Part shown: positions 1 through 12,489 of the stretch, piece after piece | How the letters are laid out: the number at the start of each line of letters is the position of its first letter | How positions within the stretch are numbered: position 1 is the stretch's first letter | Assembly: GCF_006345805.1 (NCBI RefSeq) | Contig: NC_043000.1 | Location: 7,254,001-7,318,000, forward strand | DNA: 64,000 bases | Origin: Octopus sinensis | Lineage: Eukaryota | Direction of reading: 5' to 3' | Notes under the pieces: generated by a model | Databases searched by the model: none | Told to the model about the DNA's origin: nothing | What the model saw: the letters and a program-made list of their open reading frames with translations, nothing else | Position numbers and translations under genes: made by a program

Positions 1-763
1 TCACCTGCTTAAACGTACTAGAGGGACCACTACCTGTTCACAGTCAAGATAACTTGTGAATACGTGTTGAGAGCTAGTTCAGACAAATTTACACAAATGA
101 GGTCCTCTTTTTTTAACCTTAGACTGGACATGCTTTCATGAATGATTGGAAACAGATGGCATCACTCACATGACGGTGTTGTTCGGCTACAAGACAACAC
201 ATGAACCCACGCACACACGAGCTTATTCAAAGCGTTGGCCAGTTGGGGCAGTAACAGAAGATACATACTTAAAGTATCAAACAGTGGCACTGAACCACAA
301 ACTATTGTGTGTGTGCATTTGATAAATTAAACAACAACACTCTCTTGCCTGAAAATTCTGATATAAGAGTTTATTAGTTTCTGATTTTGTCAGTTTGGGA
401 CTACAAAGAAAGATGTGTTGCTTAAACTTAAGAAAAATAGAAAACAACTGTTTTTAGTAAGACTATTTGGAAATTTAGTAGTTACTAATACAGATCATTA
501 TCATTTGAACATCCACTTTTCATGCATGTTTCGGATGAATTTGTTGAGGTGGATTCTCCATGGCTGTTCCTGTTATCAACTATCACCTATTTCCAAGTAA
601 GGTAATATTTCCCCCATGACCAGACATATTCAGAGGATTGGAAGCAAAGGAGACTGCTTTCATGGCACAACTTACCACACAGCCTTGCCTGATCAGTGTC
701 ACATTGTATTTTTCATATTTTAAAGGCAAGGTCTGTGTTGCTATTTCTTGCAATTTTATGTAA

Positions 764-973
764 CCCTTTGCCATTTAGATAACTTTGTCAAATGTACAAC
801 TTATCTATGTACATCATTTTGAATTAATCTTGTATCTTTGACATTTTGATGATATGATTATATATTTTTAGAATGACATTGTAGCATAGGTATGAGAAGC
901 TAGATCCGGTCAGTTTGGACATAAAACTGGTGGAATATTTGAGCTGGATGAGGCCAGTTTAAATGCTAAAGGG
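764..973 (-). mobile_element. piggyBac-type MITE (family C)
   Basis: Ends ccctttgccattt...aaatgctaaaggg followed by TTAA (left flank gtaa); body homologous to the copy at 33851-34071. Confidence 0.7.
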
Positions 974-1419
974 TTAAACAAGGCTCTTGTTTAAATGCCA
1001 AGTGGGATAGTTTATTTCATTGCATTTAATTTTTTTTATGACCTAAAATCAGACATATTAAAACTCATTGATTCACATGATCGTTTTAGATTTGTGTTTC
1101 AATATAATAGTGAAATTGTTGATAAAGTTTATTATTTGTTTCACTCCAGGAGCATTTTGGACACAGATAGTCTCTCTTCTTTTTGAGGTGTAATATTCCA
1201 ACTTTACTCAGGGAAGGTTTAATTGTAGAGCCAATCGATATCAAAAAGATATATTCCCATTGATAGGGTAGTCTTTAAGATCTCATTGAAAAGGTTATTA
1301 TCTTTGATAAAACATTTCTCAGGTTGTTTGACACTGGCTCCAAGTTAATAAATATTAATTCTACTTATTGCTTCTTTTATTCTTCACTGTGTGGTTGGTA
1401 TACATCAATGTGGTAGTAA

Positions 1420-1620
1420 CTTATCATTGAATGTCTGCTTTCCATGCTGGCATGGGTTGGATGGCCTGGCAGTAACTGGCAAGGCCAGTTCCATAGTGTT
1501 TGTATTGGCTTTGTTTCTATGGCTGGGTGCTCTTCCTAATACCAACCACTTTATAGAGTGTGCTGGGTATTTTTTATGTGACACCAGCACCCATACCAAT
1601 GCTTTTTATGTGTCACCTTG
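1420..1620 (-). repeat. Short copy of the RTE LINE 3' tail
   Basis: Reverse-complement similarity to 8870-9025 (ccatgctggcatgggttgga...ctggatgcccttcctaa motif). Confidence 0.7.
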
Positions 1621-2116
1621 GTTTTAGGACCTCGATTCTGTTGTGGTGGGTGGGTCTTCTTGGGTACAGCATGCAGCACAATTTCAGTGATGGAGGTGTT
1701 TGTTTTCAAAGATAAGTATGAGCATGACATATCATCTCTATAGATTTAAGGCTTTAGAATTTTTCAAAGTCATCCTTTTATCGCTTGGATGGACAGTCAT
1801 TTAATTCACCAAGCATGAAAGAGGGGAGCTTAGTATGAATGACTTTGGAGTAGCTTTTATAGTAGACTAGACTAGATTAGGAAGTCAGTAGAGAGTTACT
1901 GCTGATGTGTGTTGTTCGGACATGTGAAAAAAGTGATTGCATTCATTGGATAGTTTTAATGATTATAAAACATCCAACTACTGCAGGTGTGAAGTTAATG
2001 TTAGTTCTTTTGGAGGGGTAATTGTATGGTTATCATTTTGATTTGTGTAAAGGGAAGATTTATTCTTGGAAATTTTTAAATGACATACAGGACACACTTG
2101 CATACAGTACCTTTTA

Positions 2117-2340
2117 AACCTTTAGCATTTAAACCAGCCGTATCCTGCCCAAATATTCTACCTGTTGTATGTTCAAACTGGCCAGATCCAGCCTCTCACA
2201 TCCACCCTGCAATGTCATTCTAAAAATCAACAATCATGTCATCAAAATCTTGAAGCTATGAGGTAATGCATGATTAATTCAAAATAATGTGAATAAATAG
2301 GCATTACATTTGACAGAGTAATCTGAATGATTAAGAATTA
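2117..2340 (+). mobile_element. piggyBac-type MITE (family C), degenerate right end
   Basis: aacctttagcatttaaaccagcc...gtaatctgaatg matches 33851-34071. Confidence 0.7.
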
Positions 2341-3449
2341 AACTAGTATTGATCAGAGTAGAATTGTAGTAATTCTAAGATAATGTATAATTTTTATTTT
2401 TAATGTCCCACATTACAGCTGAAATGGTGGACCATGATTCGCTCTCCCCACCTTTTTTTTTTTAATTTGTCATTTCGTTATTTAGTATTGTTTTACGAGA
2501 AAGTGATAAACCTTGGGTAATAAATCTGATTAAAGAAACCAGGGAGATAATACTGCAAATTTTTATAGTTCCAATAATGATGGGATTCCTTTTTAATGGC
2601 CAAAAGGATACTTTTTGTTTCATGTGGAATCTCTCTTTACAACAAAAGCAATAAAAACCTTTCAATAAGAATGCAGCTTTTACATTCCACTACTACCATT
2701 TCTCTATTTGGAGTTTCTCATTAATAGGGAATCAAACCTACAATCTCACCTTGATGATAGCTAGTGATTTCGATGGTCACATTGTGAAACTCCATTTTGA
2801 TTTGGCATGCTGGTGTACAAGAAACCTGTGAACGTGTACAAGCAGGCAGTAGGAAACATATTTGTTTGCTAGAAGTGGTAAATGTATTCCATGACTTTGA
2901 GGACCTTATTAATGATGGAAGTGGCAGTTTAAGACCTCTAGAGTATCAAAGAGGGGGATGAAGTGCTGTTTATTTTGGCCATAAAAGTCTTTTTTTCTTT
3001 CCTTTTATGTTGAAAGCTGTGATACTGCATATTAATGAGACAAGGTCACTGAATGAGGAAGGTTTGTGGAGATCGGATAGAAATTAAATATGATCTCATT
3101 AGATATTTACTGGTAATTTACACGAAAGGCTGAGAGCGTCAAGAAGTCAAGAACATGTTTGCAGGCAAAATGACTGCCTGTAAGGCAATGTGATCTCAAT
3201 GTATAATGAATGCTGGGTGAAAATGTGCCGTGTAATAAGAAGACTTGAGAAGCATGAAATTGATCTTAATATGTCAAACCTCACAGGTGAAATAACGAAT
3301 GATTAACAAGCTTAATATGCTGTACAAATAGATCCAAGCAACTTAAACCAGTGTAACAAAAATATATATCATAATGGATACTGTGAAAGGGTGGTTTTGG
3401 TGGTTACATCAAACCAAAATACCCATCAATCCATCTTATTTGCCCACTA

Positions 3450-3670
3450 TTCATGGGATATCTTGTCATTGGGGTGGAGTCCTCAAGCATCTCCTCCATA
3501 GGGTCCTACCAGAAGCATCCATTGTTAGACTTTCTGGCTGGATTCCCAAGTGTGACCCAGTGAGACTATGGATATCATCCAACCATCATGTTTTTGGCTT
3601 ACCCCTAGGTCTCCTGCCAGTTGGCTTGAAGGATCCATCTTGCAATTCTTTCTTGCAATATAAAAAGAGT
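3450..3670 (-). mobile_element. RTE-type LINE C-terminal fragment
   Basis: Minus-strand translation ELQDGSFKPTGRRPRGKPKT, then a WLDDI-like segment, resembles the RTE ORF C-terminal GRRPRGRP motif. Confidence 0.6.
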
Positions 3671-4099
3671 GAACCCAAACAGCAAATGTTGAAATAGATT
3701 TTATTTTTTCTGAATGAAAATTGTAGTTCAAATGAGTCATCAACACAGACATTATAATTTAAGAACATGTAATAGACAACCAAAGCAATGTATGTCAGTA
3801 ACATAGACAAATATCTATCTTCCTTACAGGTTTTGTATGTTGCTGGTGAAATTACAATTATTTTTGACAGCAATTGGCTTAGTTAATATTTCTGTAACAT
3901 TTATACATGTTATTGATATGTATCAGACTTCACTCGGCTGGTGTTCTAGTTGCAGTCACTTGTCTTTGTTTTAAGCATTTTGTCTTCAAATTTGTCACTA
4001 AAACCTATTATTTTGATATGAAAGATAATATGTGAGAGAAATGAACATTTTCATCTTCATGGCTAAGGGACAGTGACCTCATGCAAAACCTCCATTCTT

Positions 4100-4520
4100 T
4101 GCCATACACTGGTCTTCTGCTGCACACCCCCAGGATCTTCTCTATCCACTCCAACTTCACCTTTGTTACTTCTGAGTCCATCCCTTGAGAATGTGGGCTC
4201 AGAAGTATGGGCCCTGATAATGTGACCATAATATTATAGTTCTCATTGTAACATTGTCATCAGAGTTGGTCTACTCCCATCTCCTCCAGAACTGAATTGC
4301 TCATTGTACAGGCCATCTACTGGTCCCTTTTGCTTCTCTGTAGATCAGGGTTTTTAGAAGTTTCTGCTTGGTACTTTTGCTGACTTAGTACAGTCTCTCC
4401 ATATTGTATTGAGTGACCTTGGAGTTGATCTTTCTGTGCCAAATTTTGCTCTGATTTCCTGATTACAGACTGTTTGGTTGTTAACAGTGGAGCTCAGCTA
4501 TTTGAAATCATCACCATTTT
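4100..4520 (-). mobile_element. Degenerate RTE/BovB-like LINE RT C-terminal fragment
   Basis: Frameshifted pieces DDFK*LSSTVNNQ..CNQEIRA, SLNTIWRD, SVLEEMG and YGHIIRA match the RTE post-YADD region. Confidence 0.6.
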
Positions 4521-6496
4521 GATGGTCACATTGTGAAACTCCATTTTGAGCTGGTATGCTGGTGTACAAGAAACATGTGACTGTGTACAAGCAGGCAGTA
4601 GGAAACATATTTGTTTGCTAGAAGTGGTAAATGTACCTTGAAGTATAGCAAATATGAGTGGGTGTGAAGGATGAGAGTATGCCCTGATACCTTGTCACTA
4701 CCATCTTTTATCCCTCTTTCTAGCTGGCATAGCCATATTTCTCATTAACAGCAAGCCACCAGTTTCTCTATTGTACTTTAGCCTCTTAACACTTAGCATA
4801 AAGCCACCTCTCTCTCTCTCTACTTCACCCTCAGTCATTTTTTTTGGAGGGGTGGTCTTGTGAGTTACTAGTGGCTTTACTAGTACCTGTACACTTTGTA
4901 AAGTGGTTGGTGTTAGGAAACACATCTAGCCATAGAAACCATGCCACATATGAAGATGTTCTTGTTTTCTGTATATATATATATATATCTTATATATATA
5001 TATATATACACACACATGAGATAGTTGGTTATGGTTTGAGGGATATGTAGCAGTTATTTCTATCAGATTTAGCTTCCTGATACAATGTTATCCTGAATTA
5101 CTCATTCTTATGAAGTGTCTATAAGCCATGGCTATCTTTTTCTTTCTTGCTGGAATAAATTATTCATTTACTGTTCACTGTGAACTATCAGTAAAATTGT
5201 GCAATACCCCCACCACTATAATATGTGTGCGTGTGGAAATGAAACGAATTTTTGAAAAATTTTTATGAGTAGTATCGCAATGCTCTAATTTAAAACGTAA
5301 ATCAGAAAAATATTTTTATACTAAATGTCAAAACTGGGAAGATTATGACTGGTTAGGTGCTTCGAAAATGAGAGAGAAGGTGGGAAAAATTGAACTTTTG
5401 GAAAATTAGTGTTGCAGGTTTGTTATCTCTTGTGTTTAAAAGATAATTTTGAAAAATGTTTGGGAAAGAAGTCGATAGAAGTCACTTTGTACTACGGGGT
5501 GGGGTTGCATTTCACACAACTCCACTCTATTACATGGTTTGTTTTTGTTCTTTCTTCCTTGTTCATATTCCATGGCATACTGTGTTTTTCTTCCTGGTTG
5601 ACAACTTTACGACAGTGCTATAAAATTTCTTATAATGATCACTTTCTTATCTTTTTTTTGGGGATTTCCACTGTTACAAATACCAGTTAATGTTGACCCT
5701 CAGAATGACTGGAATTGAGGTAAAAATGTGGGAAGCTGAAACTGAGAACTGTTTTAACTTGTGTCACTCTATGACCATAGACTGGCCTTTTTGAGGTCAA
5801 AAGAAACTTAAAAAAAGATTGGAGAAAAAAGTGAAGAAAGCAAGATGCAACCAGAAGCAGCCAGACTCTTTGCTGACTCTTTTGTGTCATCTTTGTTCCC
5901 ACCTGTTTCATGCAATGATTGTTCTTCTCAGTCATCAACACCATCAACATGGAGGAATCAGTCAAGAGAAAACTGAAATTCTCAAATATAAGAAATGATC
6001 ACCAATGATACACACATGGATGTGTGATTTAGAAGTTCATTTCACAACTATGTGGCTTCGGGTTCAGTCCCTCTTAGGGCACCCTGGGCAAATGTCTTTT
6101 ATCATAGCTCTGGGTTGATCAATACCTTTGGAATGAATTTGGTTGGTAGGAACTAAATAAAAGCCTGTTGACTATATGTGTGTGTGTGTGTGTGAATATT
6201 AATATTTCATAGTTTTGTCATCGTCTCATCAAAATGGTGATAGGTTTACTTTCGTTGTTAACCTTATGACCAGTCACTATGCTTATGAAGACCTGTAGAA
6301 TAAAGGCAATCTCTTATTTGAAAAACAGTTGTGGGTTGGTGATAAGAAGAGCTTCTGGTTGTCAAATCATAACTCAAATGGATCCCCATCCAACTCCAGC
6401 TAATATGGAGAAAACAGACATTGAAAGAACAAATGGAGGAATCTCATCTTGCTCTCATATTTCTCTAGGATTTGTTATATACCTCTCTCTTTCTCT

Positions 6497-6527
<31 letters not shown>

Positions 6528-6530
<3 letters not shown>

Positions 6531-8135
6531 AAAGCCCCAGGCCCATCAGGAATTACTGCAGAGATGCTCAAAATATCTGGTAGTGTCAGCTATAGCATAG
6601 TCACCCGTATAGTTAACCAGGTGATACACGAAGGAGTCATACCCAATGACTGGTGTAGCAGCATAATAGTCAACTGCTACAAAGGTAAAGGTGACGCCCT
6701 AGATACAAATAACTACAGGGGCATCAAGCTGTTGGATCAGGTAATGAAGGTTACGGAGAGGGTTATAGCCCAGTTAATTAGAGAGAGAGTTAGCTTAGAT
6801 GATATGCAGTTTGGGTTCGTGCCAGGGAAAAGTACTACTGATGCCATATTCCTGGTAAGACAGCTGCAGGAGAAATACCTAGCCAAAGGTAAGCCCTTGT
6901 ACCTGGCTTTTGTTGACTTGGAGAAAGCCTTTGACAGGGTCCCCCGATCCCTTATCTGGTGGTCAATGAGGAAACTAGGGATAGATGAATGGTTAGTGAG
7001 AGCTGTGCGAGCCATGTACAGAGACGCTGCTAGTAAGGTGAGGGTTGGCAACGAGTACAGTGAAGTATTCCGGGTAGAGGTTGGGGTCCACCAAGGTTCA
7101 GTCCTCAGCCCCCTCCTATTTATCATAGTCCTCCAGGCAATAACGGAAGAATTTAAGACAGGATGCCCCTGGGAGCTCCTCTATGCTGATGACCTTGCTC
7201 TAATTGCTGAGTCACTATCAGAACTGGAGGAGAAGTTTCAGGTGTGGAAACAAGGATTAGAATCGAAGGGCCTTAGAATCAACCTAGCCAAAACCAAAGT
7301 CCTAATAAGTAGGAAGGTGGACCAACCACAAACGACTTCAGGTAGATGGCCCTGCTCGATCTGTAAAAAAGGTGTAGGTAGAAACTCTATAAGGTGCACC
7401 AAGTGTAAGCTATGGACACATAAGAGGTGCAGCAATGTCAAAGGTAGGCTAACTGGGAAGATAGTTTTCGTATGTGGCAGATGCTCAGGAGAAATAAACA
7501 CTGGAAATGTGCAGAGACCAACTTCTACCACGTTCCAGGGAGACAAACTAGAAGTAGTTGATAGCTTCCGCTACCTAGGAGACCAAGTCAGTAGCGGGGG
7601 TGGGTGTGCTGAAAGTGTAACTGCTAGAGTAAGAATAGCCTGGGCAAAGTTTAGAGAGCTCTTACCCCTGCTGGTGACAAAAGGCCTCTCGCTCAGAGTA
7701 AAAGGCAGACTTTATGATGCATGTGTACGTACAGCCATGCTACATGGTAGTGAAACATGGGCCGTGACTGCTGAGGATATGTGTAAGCTCGCAAGAAATG
7801 AAGCCAGTATGCTCCGATGGATGTGTAATGTCAGTGTTCATAATCGTCAGAGTGTAAGTACCTTGAGAGAAAAGTTGAACCTAAGAAGCGTCAGTTGTGG
7901 TGTGCAAGAGAGACGGCTGTGCTGGTATGGTCATATGACGAGAATGGCTGAAGATAGTTGTGTGCAAAAGTGCTACACCCTAGCAGTTGAGGGAACCTGT
8001 GGAAGAGGCAGACCCAGGAAAACCTGGGATGAAGTGGTGAAGCACGACCTACGAACTTTAGGTCTCACCAAGGAAATGACTAGAGACCGAGACCTATGGA
8101 AGTATGCTGTGCGTGAGAAGACCCGGCAAGACTAG
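6528..8135 (+). CDS. Reverse transcriptase (partial LINE ORF, 536 codons including stop)
   Basis: RT motifs NYRGIKLL, QFGFVPG, AFVDLEKAFDRV, GVHQGSVLSPLLF, LLYADDL, FRYLG and GRGRPRKTW. The upstream part of the track ORF (6279-6527) is unrelated flank and microsatellite. Confidence 0.93.
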
Positions 8136-8411
8136 TCAGGCCATAACCCGTGGCCCCTACCTGGGACGTACTCAGTCCACCTGTGCATACCTTCCTTCTT
8201 GTGACACTTGTGAAGACCTGTTGAGGCAAGTGAAAATCAAACAAAATCAAAATAGATGAACATCAATGGAATTTGTATCTTTGTGGTACCAGTGCCGGTG
8301 GCACACAAGAAAACCATCCGAGCGTGGCCGTAGCCAGTACCGCACCGACTGGCCTCCATGCTGTGGGCACGTAACAATCACCATCCAATCGTGGCCGATC
8401 GCCAGCCTAAT

Positions 8412-8872
8412 CTGGCTCCTGTGTCGGTGGCACATAAAAACACCATCCGAGCGTGGTCGTCTGCTAGCCTTGTCTGGCACCTGTGTCGGTGGCACATAAA
8501 AACACCATCCGAGCGTGGCCGTTCGCCAGCCTTGTCTGGCACCTGTGTCGGTGGCACATAAAAAACACCATCCGAGCGTGGTCGTCTGCTAGCCTTGTCT
8601 GGCACCTGTGTTGGTGGCACATAAAAACACCATCCGAGCGTGGCCGTTCGCCAGCCTCGCCTGGCACCTGTGTCGGTGGCACATAAAAACACCATCCGAG
8701 CGTGGTCGTCTGCTAGCCTTGTCTGGCACCTGTGTCGGTGGCACCTAAAAACACCATCCGAGCGTGGCCGTTCGCCAGCTTCGTCTGGCACCTGTGTCGG
8801 TGGCACATAAAAACACCATCCGAGCGTGGCCGTTCGCCAGCCTCGTCTGGCACCTGTGTCGGTGGCACATAA
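8412..8872 (+). repeat. 62-bp tandem repeat array (7 full units plus a partial) in the LINE 3' UTR
   Basis: Units start at 8412, 8474, 8536, 8599, 8661, 8723, 8785 and 8847; core ctggcacctgtgtcggtggcacataaaaacaccatccgagcgtgg. Confidence 0.95.
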
Positions 8873-10249
8873 AATCACCCACTACACTCTCGGAGTGGTT
8901 GGCGTTAGGAAGGGCATCCAGCTGTAGAAACACTGCCAGATCTGACTGGCTTGGTGCAGCCTTCGGGCTCCCCAGACCCCAGTTGAACCGTCCAACCCAT
9001 GCTAGCATGGAAAGCGGATGTTAAATGATGATGATGATGATGATGATGATATGCAGATCTGGTGAAGTGCTATTCTGTCTATAAATGCAAGCATGACATA
9101 AATTTTCACTTAAAATTTTGTGTGAACTGGCATTGCAAGCAGAGTTCGTACAGAAACAATCTACAACAAATCATTAAAGATCTGCCAAAGGATTTCTTTG
9201 TCTTATTATTTAGATTATATATAAAGCTCTCATTATTTATATGACCACTTTTTTTCACAGTGAGAGGTAATGGAAGTTTGAAAAGAGAGATTCATTAAGT
9301 GGAGTCACAAACTAGCAGATAAGGAGAAATGAATGTGGATGACTTGAAGAGAGGAACTGAAATTATTAAAGAGGGACTGAAGTAGGGGGAAAACAGTTTG
9401 ACATTACACAAAGTTAATGTATTGTGATGGCATGTTTTAGAATGAAGAGCATTTTAGTTTGTTTGAAGCATTGTCGTACAGAAGTTCAATAACAAGTAAT
9501 GAAGAGGAGCTTCTAACAGTGCAGAAAGGGCAGGTTGAATGACCTTTAATATATTTCAGGCACAAAGGCTCATCACCAGAAGTGAGCAGTTTAGAAATGT
9601 AAGTTTATGTAGATCCTGCCATTTTGACTGCTGAACAGGAAGTGACCCTGCAAATGTGATAGCAGCAGTTCCTCAAAATTGACTATGCCTGTGGTTGTAG
9701 AGGTTATAGTGGAGGTGGTGGTGGATGACTAGCTGTAGGTTAGCAGCAGTTTTAGTGAAGATAACTGTCTACTTTGGTATTGGTGGTAGTGGTAGTGGTA
9801 CATGTTGTGGCAGTAGTCAGTGATTATGCTGGTTGTACATGTGGCAGTAGTTGGTGATAAGGTGTTGGCACTTATTGAATGTTTTTTTTCGATGCCCATT
9901 AACTCTCCTTTTCAACTCTCTGTGTTTCTTTCCTCCTTTACTGCTTACTCTTTTTCAACTTCCTGTGTTTTTTCTTTGTCCTTTTTCAATATTCTGGAAT
10001 TTTTCTTCTCTTTTTTTAACTGGAAATTTAGTTTTGACTGTTATTTCTCAGAATAAGTTCTATACAAAACTTCTCTGTGAGAGTACTTTGAAAAGTACTT
10101 TAAAAAGTTCAACCAAGTATTTTAGAAATTCTCTTATTTCTATTATTATGTTCTACAGGGCAGTCAGCAGGCTGAATCATTAGTAATGTTGGACAAAATG
10201 CTTAAGGGCAATTTTCTTCTATGGCTTTTTGTGTTTTTGAGTTGAGATG

Positions 10250-10378
10250 CTGCTGTGGTCAACTTTGTATACTTACAAGAGTTGGTAAAGTTCTTGTATC
10301 AGTCATGTACTGGGGTCAATCGACTTACTCCCTCCCCTATAAGATTGCTGGACTTGTGCCAAAATTTGAAAGCATTAT
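10250..10378 (+). mobile_element. SINE family B, 3' part
   Basis: tggggtcaatcgacttactcccctcccc...cttgtgccaaaatttgaaa matches the 3' half of 37715-37930. Confidence 0.6.
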
Positions 10379-10884
10379 TATTGTGTTCAATTAGCACTAT
10401 TTTGATTATCATTGTTTTCAAGGAATGAATTAACTGTGCTAATTGGTATTTTGCTGTACTGTATTGCAATTAGTCTAGCATTTCTCCAGTTTTGCTTAAG
10501 TATACAAACCCATATTGATTTCTTTTACAGACTTATAGGGAAGAGAATATTAGATTGCGAAGCATTCATTTCAACCCCCCCCCCCAAAAAAAAAAATTGC
10601 AGTTCTAGTGACATGGTTTGCATAGCTGTGTTTACACTTTTAAATCAATGACCCTCTGATTTGAATCAGCATATCCCTAATAAAAATTTTGCTATTAATT
10701 TCTGATCTGTACTCAACTGTTATAAGAACAGTGTCAACGGATTTGTCAGTCTTTTGGAATGTAATTCATGTCTATGGAGTATGGAATCCTATTTAGTATT
10801 TCTGTATGTAACAGCATATTTGTGGCCATTATTGTCTTAATGTCTTCTGTTTCAAGCTTGCATGGGTCAGATGAGGGTACATTT

Positions 10885-11045
10885 GAGTAGGCTTCTTTCA
10901 GTTTCTATCTCCCAGATCCACTCACAAGGCTTTGGTTAGCCCAAGGCTATAGTAAAAAACACTTGCCTAAGGTGCCACACAGTGGAATTGAACCTGGTAC
11001 CATGTGGTTGGGAAGCAAGTTTCTTACCACACATCCATGCCTGCA
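10885..11045 (-). mobile_element. SINE family A head
   Basis: Reverse complement of the family A tRNA-like head and core seen at 57120-57272. Confidence 0.75.
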
Positions 11046-11061
11046 CCTTTGTAGGTACACA

Positions 11062-11570
11062 AACACAATGGCTCCAGAACCTAGCCCATGCATTCCTCAT
11101 TGTGTCTCTGGGAAGATATTCTAACACCTTGATTTTGGCCACCAGTTTAGCCTTGATGTTGCAGGAAGAGCTGTGGAGCTGTAGAAATTCTTTAACAACC
11201 ACTTCTGACTCTCTCCAAAAGTATGGCACCGAGCTGAATCTTGCTGTCACATATAGGGCCTTCCAACAGAAACCCTCTCCAGCCAGTGTTTGACCACAGT
11301 CTCCAGCAGCTTCACATTGCTGTCTGAATTGATGTTAAGGCTCTGGTCAGTAGTGTGGGGCAGCGTGATGTCACCTTCATTGAAAACACACCCAAGGACC
11401 TTCACAGTTTGCTGGCCATAGATAGATTCAAAGGCTTTGCTGCAGCTGTCCATGTTATGCTTTACAGCCTTTACTGTGTTCACAAAGTATTGGGCAGCAA
11501 TCATGATGTCAGCATTATGACACCTGGTGTGAATCATTATGATATAGGTACTTTTTGCCAATATTCAAAT
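11062..11570 (-). mobile_element. Tc1/mariner transposase fossil (maT/DD37D-like)
   Basis: VLGCVFNEGDITLPH, VKLLETVVKHWLERVSVGRPYM, SQKWLLKNFY and CNIKAKLVAKIK..LPRDTMRNAWARF match the mariner catalytic-domain C-terminal half; frameshifted. Confidence 0.78.
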
Positions 11571-12489
11571 CGCTTCCATTCCTCTATGTCAGCTAACTTT
11601 TTCTCTGTTATAACTTTAATTTTTATGCTCTCCAACACCATTGACTGCCTACCAATACATCAAGCAGTTCTTGAAAAAAGAATACAGAGAAAGTCATCAA
11701 GTTTAACCCAAACACCTTGTTTGTGTATGTGTATATATGATATGAAAGTTTTGCTATCATATGCTTTCAGGCCTTGTGAGCTCACCTAGCTTCTGTAAGA
11801 TCGTAACACATAACCAATGATTGTGATTATTGTATCTTAGGTAAGATGAATTCCATGGCTTGCAGCAAGAGTTGTCGATAATACTTAGGCATAAGTGCAC
11901 AACCTTCTTGGACACTTTTTAATTCAAATGCATAGCTCAAGTCTTCTTTTATTCAAATTTTGGTCAGTTTGCTTTTTGCCAGGACAACTTTGTTTACAAC
12001 CCAATAGCTTCCATAACATACCGAGTTGAAAGTAATTCTAAGGCTCACAGACAAGGTGACCATCACTCTTCTGAGAGGTGCCTGTGTGTGGAAATTGGCT
12101 TAGCACATCTTAGAACATTGCTTTCATTTGATTATTTTGATACTAGTATAAGATTAGATATCTGTAAAGAATGTTTAACTGAAGAAATTTACTTTTTATA
12201 AATCAAATAAAGCATTCATGCAGTCAGCTAGAATATCAGTGAGAATATCTCTAAATAAGTTATTGTACTGTAACTCCTGGCAGTGGATGAGTATCTGACA
12301 AGGTAGTTGACCTGCTTAGTTTATGCACAACTCATTTCACCTTCCATTCCTCTACAGTAGTAATTTTCAGTATTTTTTTCTTTCACTATAGTTAGCAGTC
12401 AAAATTGTTGTTAAAAAAAAAACAAAATTCTATATAGAATCGTAGGAGAAATATGTGGAAAATCTATCTTACAACCTCTAGGCATTAGT

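Larger units (their letters stand above)
6528..9050 (+). mobile_element. 5'-truncated RTE-group non-LTR retrotransposon (RT ORF, 3' UTR with VNTR, (TGA)n tail)
   Basis: Starts abruptly after (TA)n at GKAPGPSGI; continuous ORF to 8135; ends gttaaa(tga)n at about 9050; no APE endonuclease present. Confidence 0.92.

Noticed and set aside
990-1390. Possible L1-like ORF2 C-terminal fossil on the minus strand
   Set aside because: Similarity too faint to support without an alignment
6279-6527. N-terminal 83 codons of the 618-aa track ORF
   Set aside because: Runs through flank and (TA)n (IYIYIY); fortuitous fusion to the truncated LINE RT
8412-8872. Regular 62-bp periodicity suggesting a CRISPR array
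   Set aside because: No unique spacers, eukaryotic context, and the array lies in a LINE 3' UTR
9990-10015. Imperfect heat-shock elements (ttctggaatttttc; similar near 28720) suggesting HSF autoregulation
   Set aside because: Only two good nGAAn units each; frequent by chance in AT-rich DNA
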